The position numbers were made by a program, and so were the translations under genes. Under the pieces are notes generated by a model. It did not search any database. It was not told the origin of the DNA and was given only the letters and a program-made list of their open reading frames with translations. A DNA stretch of 64,000 bases from Marsupella aquatica (taxonomy: Eukaryota; Plantae; Marchantiophyta), in assembly GCA_973895155.1 (NCBI GenBank), contig OZ316894.1, positions 8,270,234-8,334,233 on the forward strand. Reading direction: 5' to 3'. Shown here one piece after another: positions 27,010 to 40,965 of the stretch (the stretch's first letter is position 1; every line of letters begins with the position of its first letter).

Positions 27010-27700
27010 TCCGTTAAATTTCAAAATTGCAACTCTCCATATGAAGAAAACACTTTTGCAATACCAACATCAGATAAATTTATCGCTTAAATTTCAAAAT
27101 TTCAACTATCCATATGAAGAAAACACTTTTGCAATACCAACATCAGATAAATTTATCACTTAAATTTCAAAATTGCAACTATCCATATGAAGAAAACACT
27201 TTTGCAATACCAACATCAGATAAATTTATCGCTTAAATTTCAAAATTACAACTATCCATATGAAGAAACTCGGGGGTTTCACTTCCACAAAAATGGCATA
27301 TCACGTGCGACGAAGGATAGGGTCATTTTATTGGTTCTAAGGGAAGACTTAAGAATTTTTGTAGAAGAACAATAGGGTCTTTTAAATTCAATTTTGAGAC
27401 TTATAAGAACATTAGGGTCCTTTTAATCCAATTTTTAGAATATTCCAAGAATATTCCAACTTTATAGGGGTTAATAAATAAATTTTTTTTCTTACATTTT
27501 AGGGGGTCCGAGGCCTAAAAACGTCGCAGGCGATGGGGAGGTCCCCATATAGTGAGACCCCTGAGTGAAGAAAACACTTTTTGCAATACCAATATCAAAT
27601 AAATTTATCACTTAAATTCCAAAATTGCAAACATCCATGTGAATAAAATCTATTTTGCAATACAAAGATAGATATATTTATCTCTCAAATTTCAAATCTA
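27010..27700. repeat. 73-bp tandem array containing GATAAATTTATC, interrupted by MITE copy 2
   Basis: tatgaagaaa at ~27040, 27113, 27186, 27259; the unit resumes after 27566. Confidence 0.9.
27269..27565 (-). mobile_element. MITE copy 2 (297 bp), 8-bp TSD
   Basis: CTCGGGGGTTTCACT...AGTGAGACCCCTGAG; perfect TSD TGAAGAAA at 27261-27268 and 27566-27573. Confidence 0.95.
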
Positions 27701-28789
27701 CATAATTTTGCCAAGATGCACATGTAAGAATCAAATTGGATATTCAAAAAATATACCCTTCTCTGTTATTTTATCGTTTAGCGAGACGGTCAATCAAAAG
27801 TGGCCACGTGGGCCAACCCCTCAACAGACACGTACTATTAAAGGGCCACCGCCGATGAGTTTTTGGCTATGAGTTTTTGGCGTCATTATCCAGAGTAGAG
27901 TTTTTTTGGAGTTGTGTTCTTGAAGCAATATTTTGTCTGTTGAACCATTCGTTTTCCTTGATTGAGGGGAGGTATGCAAAGCCCCATAGTGTCTCGGATA
28001 GCCATGTCTCAATCAGACACAGATTCACCTTCAAGTTTAGTTAAAATCCTCTCCTAATGTTGTCGCTTGCTCTTTGCCAAGTCGCATCCCTAAAGCTCTA
28101 CCTCTCGCATAGTAGATTGTGCTTGAAATCTTTGACTTTGATTGGGATTCTGATGCAAGTTCTGGTCCTAAGCCCAATTCTTACTATGTGTCGCCTAATA
28201 AACCTGAGAAGCGTCATCTCTTGAGCGTTCCTTCGCCAAGAATTGAGAAATTTTCAATCCCACGTTTAGGTCTGAGATGTCGCTTCAGACCATCCATCCC
28301 AAGTTATGGAGAGGGTATTTGGCAACCGATACGCGTATCGCACTTGGCATTCAAGTCGCCACATTCAACTCACATTCAACGATGGATTTTTCAGTCTCCG
28401 AGTGAGGAACAGGAAGCAGAAAAGAGTAAATTTCTAAACCCGTGTGTTACTCCCGATAATTTTATTGGGTTGAAGGATTCCAATGCTTCTTCTTTGGTAA
28501 TTGTGTGTGAATATATTGTTTGAATAGTTTGAATACTTATCCCAATAAATTTATCGCTGTCATGGTTTAACATTATGGTAATCAAATCAAGTGTTTGAAT
28601 ACTGAACCCGATAAATTTATTGTTATCAATCCAGCAAAATTCTAAACTTTTTTATTATTGAGGAAAATTCTCAACATTGCTAAACGAGCATCGAAAGGCA
28701 CAAGAATTGGAGAGGGAGAAGTTAGCAAAGCACCGGAGCAAATATAACAAAAAATCTGAGAAATATTTGGAACACGAATTCGGACCAAA

Positions 28790-29555
28790 GATAACATGGA
28801 TAACATAAGACCACTATTAGACTGGGCTCATTGAGGGCTTCAAAATGAGTCCAAACATGACTATCTATAAACACCCACAAACAACATATCAACCATTCTT
28901 AGTTTTGTAACTTTCTATAATGATAAAACAATATCAATCTTTGGAATACAAACAACAATAAATTTATCGCAACTTTCATTCCTCCTTATATTTTGGGTAC
29001 TCCTGGTTGGTCTTTCAAGGTTAGATCCATTAGCACAAGGTTTTGAGGAACAAATCTTGCCCCTATTATTATCTTGTATTGAAAGATAATATGGACAACA
29101 TAACACCACTATTAGATTGGGCTCATTGAGGGCTTCAAAATGAGTCCAAACATGACTATCTATAAACACCCACAAACAACATGTCAACCATTATTATTTT
29201 TGTAATTTTCTATAATGATAAAACAATATCAATCTTTGGAATACAAACAATGATAAATTTATCACAACTTTCATTCTTCCTTATATTTTGGGTACTCCTG
29301 GTTGATCTCTCGAGGTTAGATCCATTAGCACAAGGTTTTGAGTAACAAATATTGTCCCTATTATTATCTTGTATTGAAAGATAATATGGACGACATAACA
29401 CCACTATTAGACTGGGCTCATTGAGGGCTTCAAAATGAGTCCAAACATGACTATCTATGTACACTCACAAACAACATACCAACAATTCTTAGTTTTTTAA
29501 CTTTCTATATGATAAAACAATATCAATCTTTGGAATACAAACAACGATAAATTTA
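28790..29555. repeat. ~295-bp tandem repeat, about 2.6 copies
   Basis: ccactattaga(c/t)tgggctcattgagggcttc at 28811, 29107 and 29401. Confidence 0.92.
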
Positions 29556-32500
29556 TCAAAAATTTATCAAAATTTATCAAACAAAGGAATCCAAAATGTG
29601 ATAAATTTATCGCATGTTTGCTGGAATCTTGAATCCAACAGAGGAATGCAAACTACGATAAAATTATCGCATGTTTGTTGAAATCATGAATCTAACCAAG
29701 GAATGCAGACTACGATAGTTTTATCGCATGTTTGGCCTCATTCACAATTGGAGGACTCAAAAGGAGTGTCACACCTGAATTTGTTACAAAATGATCGTTC
29801 TCAAGGAAAGTTCTTTGAGCATTGGGTTGATGATTTAGTTATTTGATATGTTTAACATAGAAACCACATCATAGCCTTATAATATTAAGTGACCCATATG
29901 TTTTTTGAAAGCTCTAAGGTTTCCTGTTTCCTCTCGCAAGATATTTGTCAGGACTGGTCACACAAAAAGTCACAATACTTGATCTCCCAAAAGGACTGCA
30001 AGTTTTAATTTTTTTTCTAGTAACAAGTTTTGAGGGTATGCATAGGGAGACACTACATGATGTCCTATCAAAATGGAACCAAAAAAGTCATTAGTTTGAA
30101 TTAGCAGGAAAGAAATGAACAGGAATTTAGGGCTCAGTTAGGGCCATTTCCGCCAGGACAACTTCAAAATTTTGTTTTTGAGATTTCTTTGCATTTCCAA
30201 GTACCCTATAACATGATTAAGAATGTGATGAATCTATATGAAAATTTTGACTTTGTATGTAATCGCAAATATCAAATGGAAAGGATTCAGGAGTTCTCCC
30301 TAAAAGTCCTTCCCATTCCTTTCTCATACTCAAAGTCAGGACTATCGAAAGATCTGATCCGTTCATTTAAAATGTTTGTTTAATCGGGATGGTGTGGATG
30401 CAAGGTTCTTTGAATCCTTTCTAGTTCTAACAGTAACTCTACTATCCATGTCGTTTTCCACTACGGGGCCGGTGCTTCCCGCTTAGAGTTCCCTGCCAGC
30501 ATTATCGGGATTCAAAGGGAGTCAATCTTTATTCTCGCTCTGTGTTATCCTCTGTGCGCTAGCATTAGCTGGTTTTAGAAGGAGTTGATTCACATTTCAA
30601 TGGAGAAGGCCCTTGAGATAATGGACTGATTTCAATGTTGCCCGTTCAACGCTACAAGTGAGGGGACAATGGCAGAACAAAATGGCCTGGTTGGAAGTTG
30701 AACAAAACTGAGAGAGGGACTATCTTGACGTAGAAGCGAAGCGTCAATGGCAAAACTAAGGTGTACGTGCTGGTCAATGGCGGAGAACTATGTACAGAGA
30801 GCTCTCATAGGACATTGAGCTGTTTTGGGAGAGGATCGAATTGAGGCAACGGGAATGGTAGGGCAGGCCACAATGCAGAGCCGCTACCCTCTCAAGGTAG
30901 GCTATACCTAAATGGGCTCACCATTCGTATTTATTTACTTCAACTGAAATTGCTCGAAAGTCATGGGAATTTTTGCTTGTATTATGTTTGCTTCAAGAAT
31001 CTATACAAAAGTGGGCATTCTCTAGAGAGCATTCATGGATCAGAACTGTTGTAATGGTGTCCCTATGAGTTGCATGAAAATAAGTCACAAGCTTTGTCTT
31101 TTGGACTTGCATCCGAAGTTGTCCTTGCTTACAATCCAGACAGTCCAAGTTAACTGAAGAAATCTGCATTCGGGCAACGTCTAGGATAAGGAAAACTGCT
31201 ACTATTCAAGGTTTAGGGTTATGGTAGATATTTTTTAAATGGATCGGAGGAAATTGACATACCATAGAGGTTCCAGGTAAGATAATGTTTGGAGCGACTT
31301 GAAGCGAAGCGCCTTTCGGCAGAGCGGAGCGCCTTTCTTTAAGCGGAGCGCCTTTCAGCGCCTTTAGTTGCAGCATGCGCATGGGGTGAAAGATTGCGTA
31401 TCAAAATAATACTAACCCAATGTTGAGAGTGCTATGTGCAATCAATAACTGGTGCCTCAACTTGCCAAACTGTAGGTTCTCGACTACTAAAGGTGCCCAG
31501 TGCCATCAACACACAACGATGTTGGACCATTTCCCTGCCCAATGAGCCGGTTGATCGCAGCTGTGCAACTGCTTACAGCCCACGACCTTAAATGTTGATC
31601 AGACGCCGCCTTCAGTTGAGGTATTAAATTTTCTATTACCTACTTACCCATCCCTCTGCTGCGGCGCTCTAAACTGAAATGAAAGAAATTGTCTACTATA
31701 TATCTTGCTGAGATAGTAGACTGTAGCCCCAAACTTGCCATTGCCGGTCCAAAAGCAATGGTTCCCACTAGCTGAATGCGGAGCTTTTCGGACCTATAGT
31801 TTGATACTATTTACGGTTCTTCCTTTGCATATAAAAGTGAGAAAATCAGAGAACAATCCAACAACCAAGTCCAAGGGGGAGTCTAGTGTCGATGCCAATG
31901 ATCCTCTCGATCTGGCCATGCAACGGCATACATCTTCACAACCAAGAGGATCACACTGCGCCAGAAGAAGCTTCCGGCCAATGATCTCGTGAAACGACAG
32001 GTTTCTCCCATGTCTGTCTGTTTGACACTTTGACTCTTGAAGCTTGGACTCCAAGCGGCCATGCTCACCACAAACCTAGTGAGCCAAGTGGCCACAATCT
32101 CCTAATAGTCGTTGCATTTCCATTTCCATTTCCATTTCATTTATAAGAATCATCTCCGAGTCGTTCATGTAGCAATCACTGGCACACTCTGGCACAATAG
32201 TCGTTGCAAAGAATGTGAACTGCTTGACAATGTGCTAATCAATCAATCCATCGTTTGGAGATTGGTTTGTTGAATCTGAGAGGTTCAGCGTTTTCCAGAA
32301 CTGTTTGAGAGGTGGGCTTTCTGTACGATCTGTTTGTTGTGTTGTTGCCTCTTTTGTCTCTGTTTTTTTATGGTGTTCGTGGGTTTTTGCCTTTTTCTGA
32401 ATCATTTCTCTTGGCTTCATGAACTTTGAAATTCCAATGCATTTGCCTATTAGGCTGACGTGCAAATGCCCATTTGCTAATTGGAGGTTTCATTTATCAG

Positions 32501-33975
32501 TAGCCTACTTTATGGTGTGCAAAAAGGGCTAAGATAACTTTGATTTTCACATGTTCACCCCGGCCTTAGATATGTAGTTTTCCCAATCAAAGGACTGTCA
32601 GACGATCCAGTAGATCTTGTTTTGGTGAGACAACTTTTTCAATATGCCCGCTCATCTTCTGTATCATTGCCAAATACTCAACGTAACGGATATTCGATTC
32701 TCTCTGTGGAGATGGATTTCTATTGTTTCCTGCTCATCTATCCCTTTTGCTGTTATGGAGTTCATTGTAGTACTTGATTGCTCCTTATCTCTCCTTTGAT
32801 GGTAGTATGCTTAGAACTAGATTTGTTTATCAACTCACGCAGGCACAATTCATCACCGACCGTTTAGGACTTTTCAAGCTCACACTCGACTTGGATTTTG
32901 GGCCCAACTAGGATAATTTCCGGTTGAATTCACTTGTTGATGATTAATTCGATGCAGTTTGTGTCCGAATTTGCTTTGATGTAATTTTTCAACATCAATG
33001 ATTGTTCTTCCCTGGTCAACTCCCGGCATTGTGCCTTTTATGCTTTGTCCAACACTTATGGGGCCCGACTTTTAGAGATGGGTCCTTGTGCCATTGATCA
33101 TCTTGTATGTGGAGTAAGAATGAAGTTATTTTGAGCCTTGTCCAGTGTCTACCACGATGCTCTGCTTTGATTCACAGGGATAAGAGATCAGTCAAACGGA
33201 GGCAGATGGTCTAAGCCCATCACTATCTTGCTACCCTAGCACGACTACTGCATCCCTCGGTAGTTTGGAATGCCTTCAAGGTCAAGGACTAGAATGAGGA
33301 TGAAATTGGTGGCAAGGGAGAGGAAGCAAGTCGACTGCAAAGCTCAAGCCGTAGAGACACCGTCACAGCAAGAGCTTGAGACCGTGCCATTAGGACAGAC
33401 TGATGTGCAAGTGCCTAAGCTTGGAGTGGAGGCTTGGTCTTGGGGAGATGCTTTTTTTGTGGCATGAAGGTGGCTGGGATGGTGAGTGCCTCGTTGCTCT
33501 ACTTCTTTGCCCTGATCACTAGCTTCTGGACAGTTGGACTTCAAAAAATCAGTAAATATTGAGAGGAACATTTTATCCGATTACATAGTAGTTTCTCCTG
33601 GCTATATTATGTTTCCATCCTTCCCCTAACATGCCTCATTCTATTTGAAATGCAAATGAATAATAAATTTTAAGTATGTTGTTTAATCTAGAATTTGGAT
33701 AGGTTCGATCCCATGAAACTCAGCCAGGTTCCTTGCTCCCATCTATTTTTTCTTTCATTATGTTGATTCAGTCTATTGTTTTTGGAATAATTTCTTCTTT
33801 TAACATGGTATTGCTTGCATAGCAGGAGAGGCAATGACGGGTAGCTCGGGCACAAAATCCATTTGAAGGAGTTAGGAGGAAACATCCTCACTTGGCTACA
33901 TGCAGTTTATCTTCAAGATCATTCTGGGTAGTTGACTCAGAGACCTGAGACTGAAGCTTTGATTGTATTGCATCA

Positions 33976-36900
33976 ATGGCAAATTGCTGTAATACTCCAC
34001 GACAAGGGGAGTCAGCTAGATGAAGAATAGCCCGAGATGAAGAGAAGAAAAGGCTCCAAAGAGAACGACAGAGGAAATGCAGAATTGCAAAACGAGATAG
34101 GTTCAAGAAAATTCAGGCAATTAGAGGGGAATCTTGCATCCAATTCTATGGAGACATGCAAAGGTCTACTTCTCGGCTAGCTGGTCATATTGCTCCACTT
34201 TTGCATGACTTGACTTGCCACAAGGGTGTTGAGTATCAACGCATGACCATGGAGAAAGTCTTGCAACATCCGGCTTTGAAGAGTGTTTTGCCAAACACTA
34301 TTGTCCATTCCAAAAGGTACAAGGCAGCTTATGAAATATGTAAGAGTGTGAAACAAGGATGGCAAGGGGTAAAAGGGGCTCATTCCATTGATGATCTACG
34401 TGTAAGAAATGTCATCACCTCCATGCTTGTATCAGACTGCACACAAAACTTCAATGCTACTGGAGCTTTGATTGGTGCTAAAGCTCGAGCTTTAAGATTG
34501 GGCTATGCTAGAAGAAAATGCATCGAGGATGGATCTCTTACAGAGTGGGCTGTTGGTTCCAAGGCAAAGAGGATAGATGCTCTCTCTGCCGAGATTCAAT
34601 TCTTAGTAACAGAGTGGTGGACATCTCAAACTCGGGTTAGCCCAAGATCAGACGACGTTGTAAGGCACCGTGATAACCAAAGTTCTCCATGGGTGAAACA
34701 CGCTGCTCATTATCTTCTAGAAGCACAGGTAAACTTATTATTTTATTACTTGATTTTGTGGACTGAGTCATTTCCTTCCTTCAACTTCAGTGAATGATTC
34801 ATGACTGAAGGTCATTTGTTGGGTCCTTGAAATTGAATAATGTGTGCTTCATTTAATATGTGAATCTCGTATCCTTGCCGTGAAGGTCATGAATCCTTAA
34901 TTGGAATTCAATCCTGTGTCTTGAAGGTTGAGCCTATTTTCTCTAAATCCTGTATCCTTCTAAGTCGAGTCTTGTTTTCTTTGATTCCTGTCTTAAAGTA
35001 CTATCTTGTATCCTGTGTCCTTTATGTAGTGTCTTGACATTTCCTTGCATCCTATGTCGTTCAATTAGAGTCTTGCATGTTTCTTTGAATCCTGTCTCCT
35101 TATATAGGGTTGAGTCTTGTTTCCTTGAATCCTGTGTCATTAATGTACATAGAATCTTGTTTCCTTCCATCTTTTGTCCTTAAACTTGAGTCTTGCATGT
35201 TCCTTGAATCATGTGTCCTTAGGGGTTGAGTCTTGTTTCCTTAAATCCTGTGCCCTTAATGTAATGTCTTGTGTCCTTTCTTCCTGCGTCCTTACATTTG
35301 AGTCTTGTTTCCATAAATTTGAGTCTTGAATCAAGTGCCCTTTACATTCCATTTCATTGTTATAGAGCCTATAGATTGGTATGTACTTCTGAGCTATTGT
35401 ATCTAACTCCAATTATTCTAGAACATTGACCGTATGGTGATGAGGTTTTGAATAGTAAAGAACATTGAAGAAGATTTGTTGTGCTTGCAGAACTCAACAA
35501 TTCTGGCCCGTTTCATGTGCAGTTGTATTTCTACACGAGGTTTATGTCAGCCAACCCTACTGTGAAGATTGGTTACATATCATTTCACAAGTTAAAGCCA
35601 TGGTTTGTAAAACACTTGAAAACCTTTGATAGTTGTTGCTGCAAATATTGCACTGAGATTCGAGAGCTGAAAGATGGGTTGAATAATTTGCGGGTCTCAG
35701 ATTTACACAAGAATTGTATGTGTGCCTGCTCACAGATATGTAGACCTGTAGACCTTGTACAACCAGGGAATCAGAATGATTGCTTGGAAAATCTAATGGC
35801 TGTAAAAGGTGTTACAGAGTTGTGGCAGTCTGTGGTTTGCCCCCTCAAGGAGAATGCCATATGGCATGATCTAGCTTGTATAAAAGGTCAGTGTAGAAGC
35901 TGTGGCTTCAAGCTTCTGAAATTTTGCCCCCACGAACAAGATGAAGCAAATAGTATTGTGGTACCTTGGCGTCGTTTTGAAGACGTTGATGCTGGTAGTA
36001 CGCGAGCAGGTGATCCCAAAAAGGTTATCCGTTTAGTTCATAAGGAAACTAACCCAAGTACCTTTGTAGGATATTTGAAACCAAAGTTAGAACAATTCCT
36101 TCTACACAATTTCACTGCACGATGGCAACATCAAATGTATAAGGATTGTTTAGCCAGACAAAAGCCTGACACTCTTGTCTCAGTGATAGACTTTGCAAAG
36201 AATTATAGTTTTCAGGAACAGAATGAGATACAAACGATGCATTGGTTCAATTTTCAGATTACTATACTTGTTCATATAACCTGGAAGCCAAACTCTGATT
36301 ATGATCCGGATAATGTGAAGTCACGGAGTCATATAGCTACATATCACTACTATATATCAGATGACAAAAAGCATGATAGTCTTTTTGCCCAACACTGTTT
36401 TGAGCTTCACTGGAATTGGTTGCAGTTAACAGATCCACCTCTACCCGTAGAGCATATTGTATTTAGCGATGGCTGTAGTGGGCAATTTAAGTGTGCTCGT
36501 GCTTGGTACCATGTAGCTAGATACCAAGAGAAGACAAAATGCCCTGAATTACCAATTGGTTGTGTAATGGGTTGGCATTTCTTTGGATCTGGGCATGGCA
36601 AGGGTACTTGGGATGGAGCAGGGGCACATTTGAAGAACTTCCTCCGATCAGAGCAAGTCAAATCCAGCAGCCAAAAATTGCACAATGCAGCTGATGTTGT
36701 CAAGTTTTGCAATAAACACATGAGTATGCCACATGCTGCATACGAGAGGGCAAAAATGGAGGTCAGACGATATTTTCACTTGGTTGGCGTGGGAGACGTG
36801 AATCGTACGGTTGGCTGGGATTGCAAAACTGTGGATGGAAGTCAAAGCAAACACTCAATTCAAAGTGTAAGTCATGTGAATCCGACCCTTCTTCGAGTGA

Positions 36901-37478
36901 GAGAGTTCTCATGCTTCTGTGATTACTGTGTGGATGGAGGAGATGGGCCCTGCACTAATGCAACCCATGTGAAGAAGTATGACCTAGTTACATTGGAGCC
37001 GTGCATCTCAATTGAGCGTAGTGATGAATCTGATGGTTTTGAAGATGATTATGAGCAACGAATATCTACTGATGGAGAGATGTTGGCCTCTACCTTAGAA
37101 GAGGGTGATCACTTTGCAGTACTTGCAGAATCAGGTAGCGAGAACGGGGCTCAATTTTGGATATTGTTATGTACTGAACGTGTTCACATGGTTGAAGAAG
37201 AAAGCAAAGTAGATGTGTATGGGCAGACTGTCACAAGAGGAGAACAAATAGTGGTAGGCAAGTATTATAAGCAGCAAGGTCGCAGTCCGTATTCTTATGT
37301 GCTTTGCAGTGAAGGCGAAGCTTATATTTACTCACATCTAGTTCGGGCTGTAAAATTTCCAATGTTGCAAGCTGCACATAGACAACGAGGAAATATTACA
37401 GTGTACAAACTTGATAGCACAACTCATGCTAGGCTTGATTCAGTCATACAAGAGCATCTTGAAGATGCAGAGGAATAA
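33976..37478 (+). CDS. DDD transposase, Sola2-like, two exons (33976-34728, 35523-37478), near intact
   Basis: VIDFAKNYSFQEQNEIQTMHW, ISDDKKHD, FSDGCSGQFK, WHFFGSGHGKGTWDGAG, Cys-rich segments; phase-0 intron cag|gtaaac...gtgcag|; one in-frame TGA at 34021. Subgroup named from motif recall. Confidence 0.85.
34860..35345. repeat. Degenerate repeat array in transposase intron
   Basis: Repeated gagtcttgtttccttgaatcctgtgtc-like units. Confidence 0.75.
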
Positions 37479-40400
37479 AGAAGAACAAGTAAGGAGGTCT
37501 AGAAGGGCCCTTGATAGGGGGGCATGGTGCTGGCGGAGTTGTGCGAGCTGAGCTTGAGTTGGGTGAGCTCGTAGGGATGGTGGTTGCTGGTCACTGTGAT
37601 CGGCTGACATTGTTGTTTCTTTCCGGTTCTGATTAGAATTGAGATTTCTAAAAAGTTGATGAGACATCTGCTTCCGGATTATGAGCTTCCGGAAGCTTTT
37701 GGAACTTTCGTGACTGAAAAGGGTATGTCGTGGAGAACGTGCTGATGGGCTGTGGCAGCGGAGCACAAGCTTTTGAGAGCTTGCATGGCAGTTGAGCTGA
37801 GGAGGGGTTCGGCCAGAGGTTGGGATGATTCTCAGCTTGAGCTTAGAGGGCATGAATAGGAGCAATAGGCTTTGCTCTATCTTTGCTGAGATGTTACTTA
37901 CTCTGGTTCAGCGCAGTGTTTGAGGTTGCGTCGGGTGAAGCTTGGATTGACGACCAAGTTATCAGCATTGGCTTTACGTGCTTGATTTGGGATACTGGCT
38001 TGGGAAGTTTTCAAGGGAGGGCGGAGCAGCGAGAAGGTGAAACTGGGGAGAGGCAGTCGGGAAAGTAAAGGACCTTTGGACGTTGGGTGGTGCCGACATT
38101 ATTGATGAAATGGAGATTCGGGCGAAGCTATGAAGAGTTGTGAGAGCTCTGAGAGCTGCTAGTGCTCATCTGGTTGGGGAGCTTTGGAGATTGTTGGGAG
38201 AAAATGGTGTACTTGTTTTTGGTATGGATTGATTGAGCTGATTTGAGGTGCAATTGGAACCTGGATAAGGGAGCTATTGGAAGCTTCCGATCTTTTTCTA
38301 CAACTTCTGAATTGCAATTGGGAAGGTTTGAGGGATCCGTGAATGATGGAGTGGGAAAGAATTGGCACCTTGTTCTCTTTTCTGGGTGCTATTTTTACAC
38401 TATTTAGTGTCTTATGATCGAGAGGGAGGAGCATTTGGTAGTTTGCATCAGAGCTGGTTCTTGTTAAGATCTTGGTTAAGATTTAACCTGCTAGCTTGCA
38501 AAAGGCTTAGAAGCATTTTGACCTGGAATTAGAGAGGGATGGACGGCTATGGTTGGCAGGAAACTTTTGCTCTATGTTTAGCAGCTCAAGTTTACTACAA
38601 TTTGACTATGGAAGAGACTGGACGAGTGCGACAGTGTTTGAGGAGCTTGGGAGCTTGCAAAGGGGAGTCTATAAGGCGATGGCTTATTGAAGTTTAAGGG
38701 CGAAAGAACATTTGAGCCTTGTCACTCAAGTTTGCTTTAAGTTGTTGTTCCAGCCGTGTTGGTAATGGCGCTGACGGGAGTAAGGAGATTGCGGCTAGAA
38801 GATGGTCCACTAGTGCTGATCATTTGTTGGAAGGGAGCAGACTGGCAAGGTGCTTGCAATGTTGGATATGAAGACACTGGTCAAAAGATGGCGTTGGTTG
38901 CTGCCGGAGTGAAGAGCTGATTTTGACTTGGGCCATTCAGAAGAAAGCAATGTTGATTGCGAGGTTGATTGTATTGGTTTCGACAACACGGTAGACAAAG
39001 GAATTGGGTTGAAATTGAAATCTTTGTTGTGAATGAGAGAAGTTGAGGGTTTGAGCTGGATTTGGACATTGAGACGGCGTCGCTGATGATGTTGAGTATG
39101 GATTATTAGGGAAATTGGCTTTTGTTGCCTTAGCTGTTGTGCGCTGACGGCTAATGGCCTGAATGAGGGCTTAAAGTACCTCGTTAGTATGGATAAGAGG
39201 ATTCGGCCTTCAGGGCGATCTCGGCTCTACTTTGATACTTGGTGGGGAACGGGTAGATGACTGCGCGGCACTGAGCGAAGGGCGGAGATGTGGGATCTTG
39301 AAACTTGGGCGCGATGGCTCTTTGGTCATGGATGAGAGATGGGATGAGGAGCTTGACAAGCCCTATGCTGCTATTGGTTATTGCCCGGGCTTTAGGGTAG
39401 AACGGATGTTTTTTCTCTGAAAACAGTTTTTGAGTGCAATGGTTTCCGTGCTCTGAAGGAGGGGATACAGCCCTACACTGACTTGCTGCTGAGGTCTATT
39501 GATGCGTGGGGAACCTGAACTGGTTGTAGGAATTTCAAAGTGGATAGAATTAGGACTTATACTTGACCCCGGGTGACATTGTATTCTGGCCTGAGCGCAA
39601 ATCTCACTAGGCTGCCTACTTATGCTTCTTAGGTTGCTTTTACTTTCCGGACTTCCATGTCAGCTTTCGGGAATGACTTTACTTTGAATGAATGTGGATG
39701 CCCGGTTATGATTTAATGACATTCTCTCTTTCTCCTTTCTGAAGTCACAAATGCAAGTACGCTTCAAGGATAGGTGACTTTTTGGGGGGGCGAGACTCCC
39801 AACATTGTTTGGGGGAATCCTCATTATCCGAAGACTGATCCGGTCCGAACTCGAAGTTGGAAAGCATTTTGTTGGCTAAGATTTAGTTTTTAGGGTGTAG
39901 CTCGTGCAGTTGAGTAGTATGTGCAGCTGAATGAGCGTGCTTGTGATCTTGCAATGTTAGTATAGACACTTAGGTTTAATTTGTTCTCTGTTTTTTATAA
40001 CTGAACTAAGACATCGAACTTGCATACAAAAATTCTTGCAAATACAGTCATACACGCTCGAGCTTAATTTACTCCCCGTGGATCGATACTTGCATGTATG
40101 GAATGATTCCACCCCCTCGATCACTTGTCACCCTATCTAGACAAAGTAGAAGGCCACACTCCTGATTAGGCCCTGCTTGGATCGGGCCTTAAGCATTGTA
40201 TTACTTTAAAACTAACAGTGCAAAAAATAAAAATTGTGGAAGAATGTGTAGAGTCGCTCAATCTCTATACACTTTAGTCATTCAGTTCATTCTCAAAACA
40301 TAGCCATTCTCTCCAGAAAATAAGTTGAATTTTTGGGTGTCTTTTCTTCTTTATTTGATATGTGTTTTAGTGCCTTTTTGGACTAACTTTCAGACACATC

Positions 40401-40965
40401 AAGTACTTTGCGTCAAGTGCTTCACAGCAAGTGCTTATTTTTTTAACAAGTGGTGTGTATGCAGCTGATGTTGGTCGTGAAGCCAAATAGGATTGTATGC
40501 TTGACCGTTGTTGGCTGATGTCCAGGTGAGTGACCCTGTCATCAGATTGCAATGTAGTGCAGCAGAGACACTTAAAGTTCAATTTACGCCCAGTCTTTGT
40601 AACGAATGAACTGAGATGGCCTTACCTTAGGTCTTGTTCCTCAATCAAGCCAGAAACACAACAAAAAAGGACCTGGCAGTATTACCAAAAGCCATGGGTT
40701 CGGGCACCATTCCAAGCAACAAGGTAAAGTTCTGCGCACAATCAACTAATAGGACTTGATCCACAAATTTTATTGCAAATATAGAAATTGCTTCCCTTGC
40801 CATCAAATGTCTGGAAAGCAATTGTGCAAGCGCGCAGGTAATACAATGCTTTAAAAAACACTCAGCTATATACCTACTTAGTTGAAAGGAATCTATCACT
40901 CCTGAAATCTCTAAATAATCACGGAAAGCCACACCAAGCTATTCTCGCACTGTAAAGATATTCTA

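Noticed and set aside
15512-27565. MITE copies 1 and 2 as long inverted termini of a 12-kb element
   Set aside because: Each copy has its own TIR pair and its own distinct 8-bp TSD.
37480-39600. Possible further nested retroelement (G-rich strand bias, GGGTGACA at ~39575)
   Set aside because: No matching LTR start, TSD or recognisable coding motif found.
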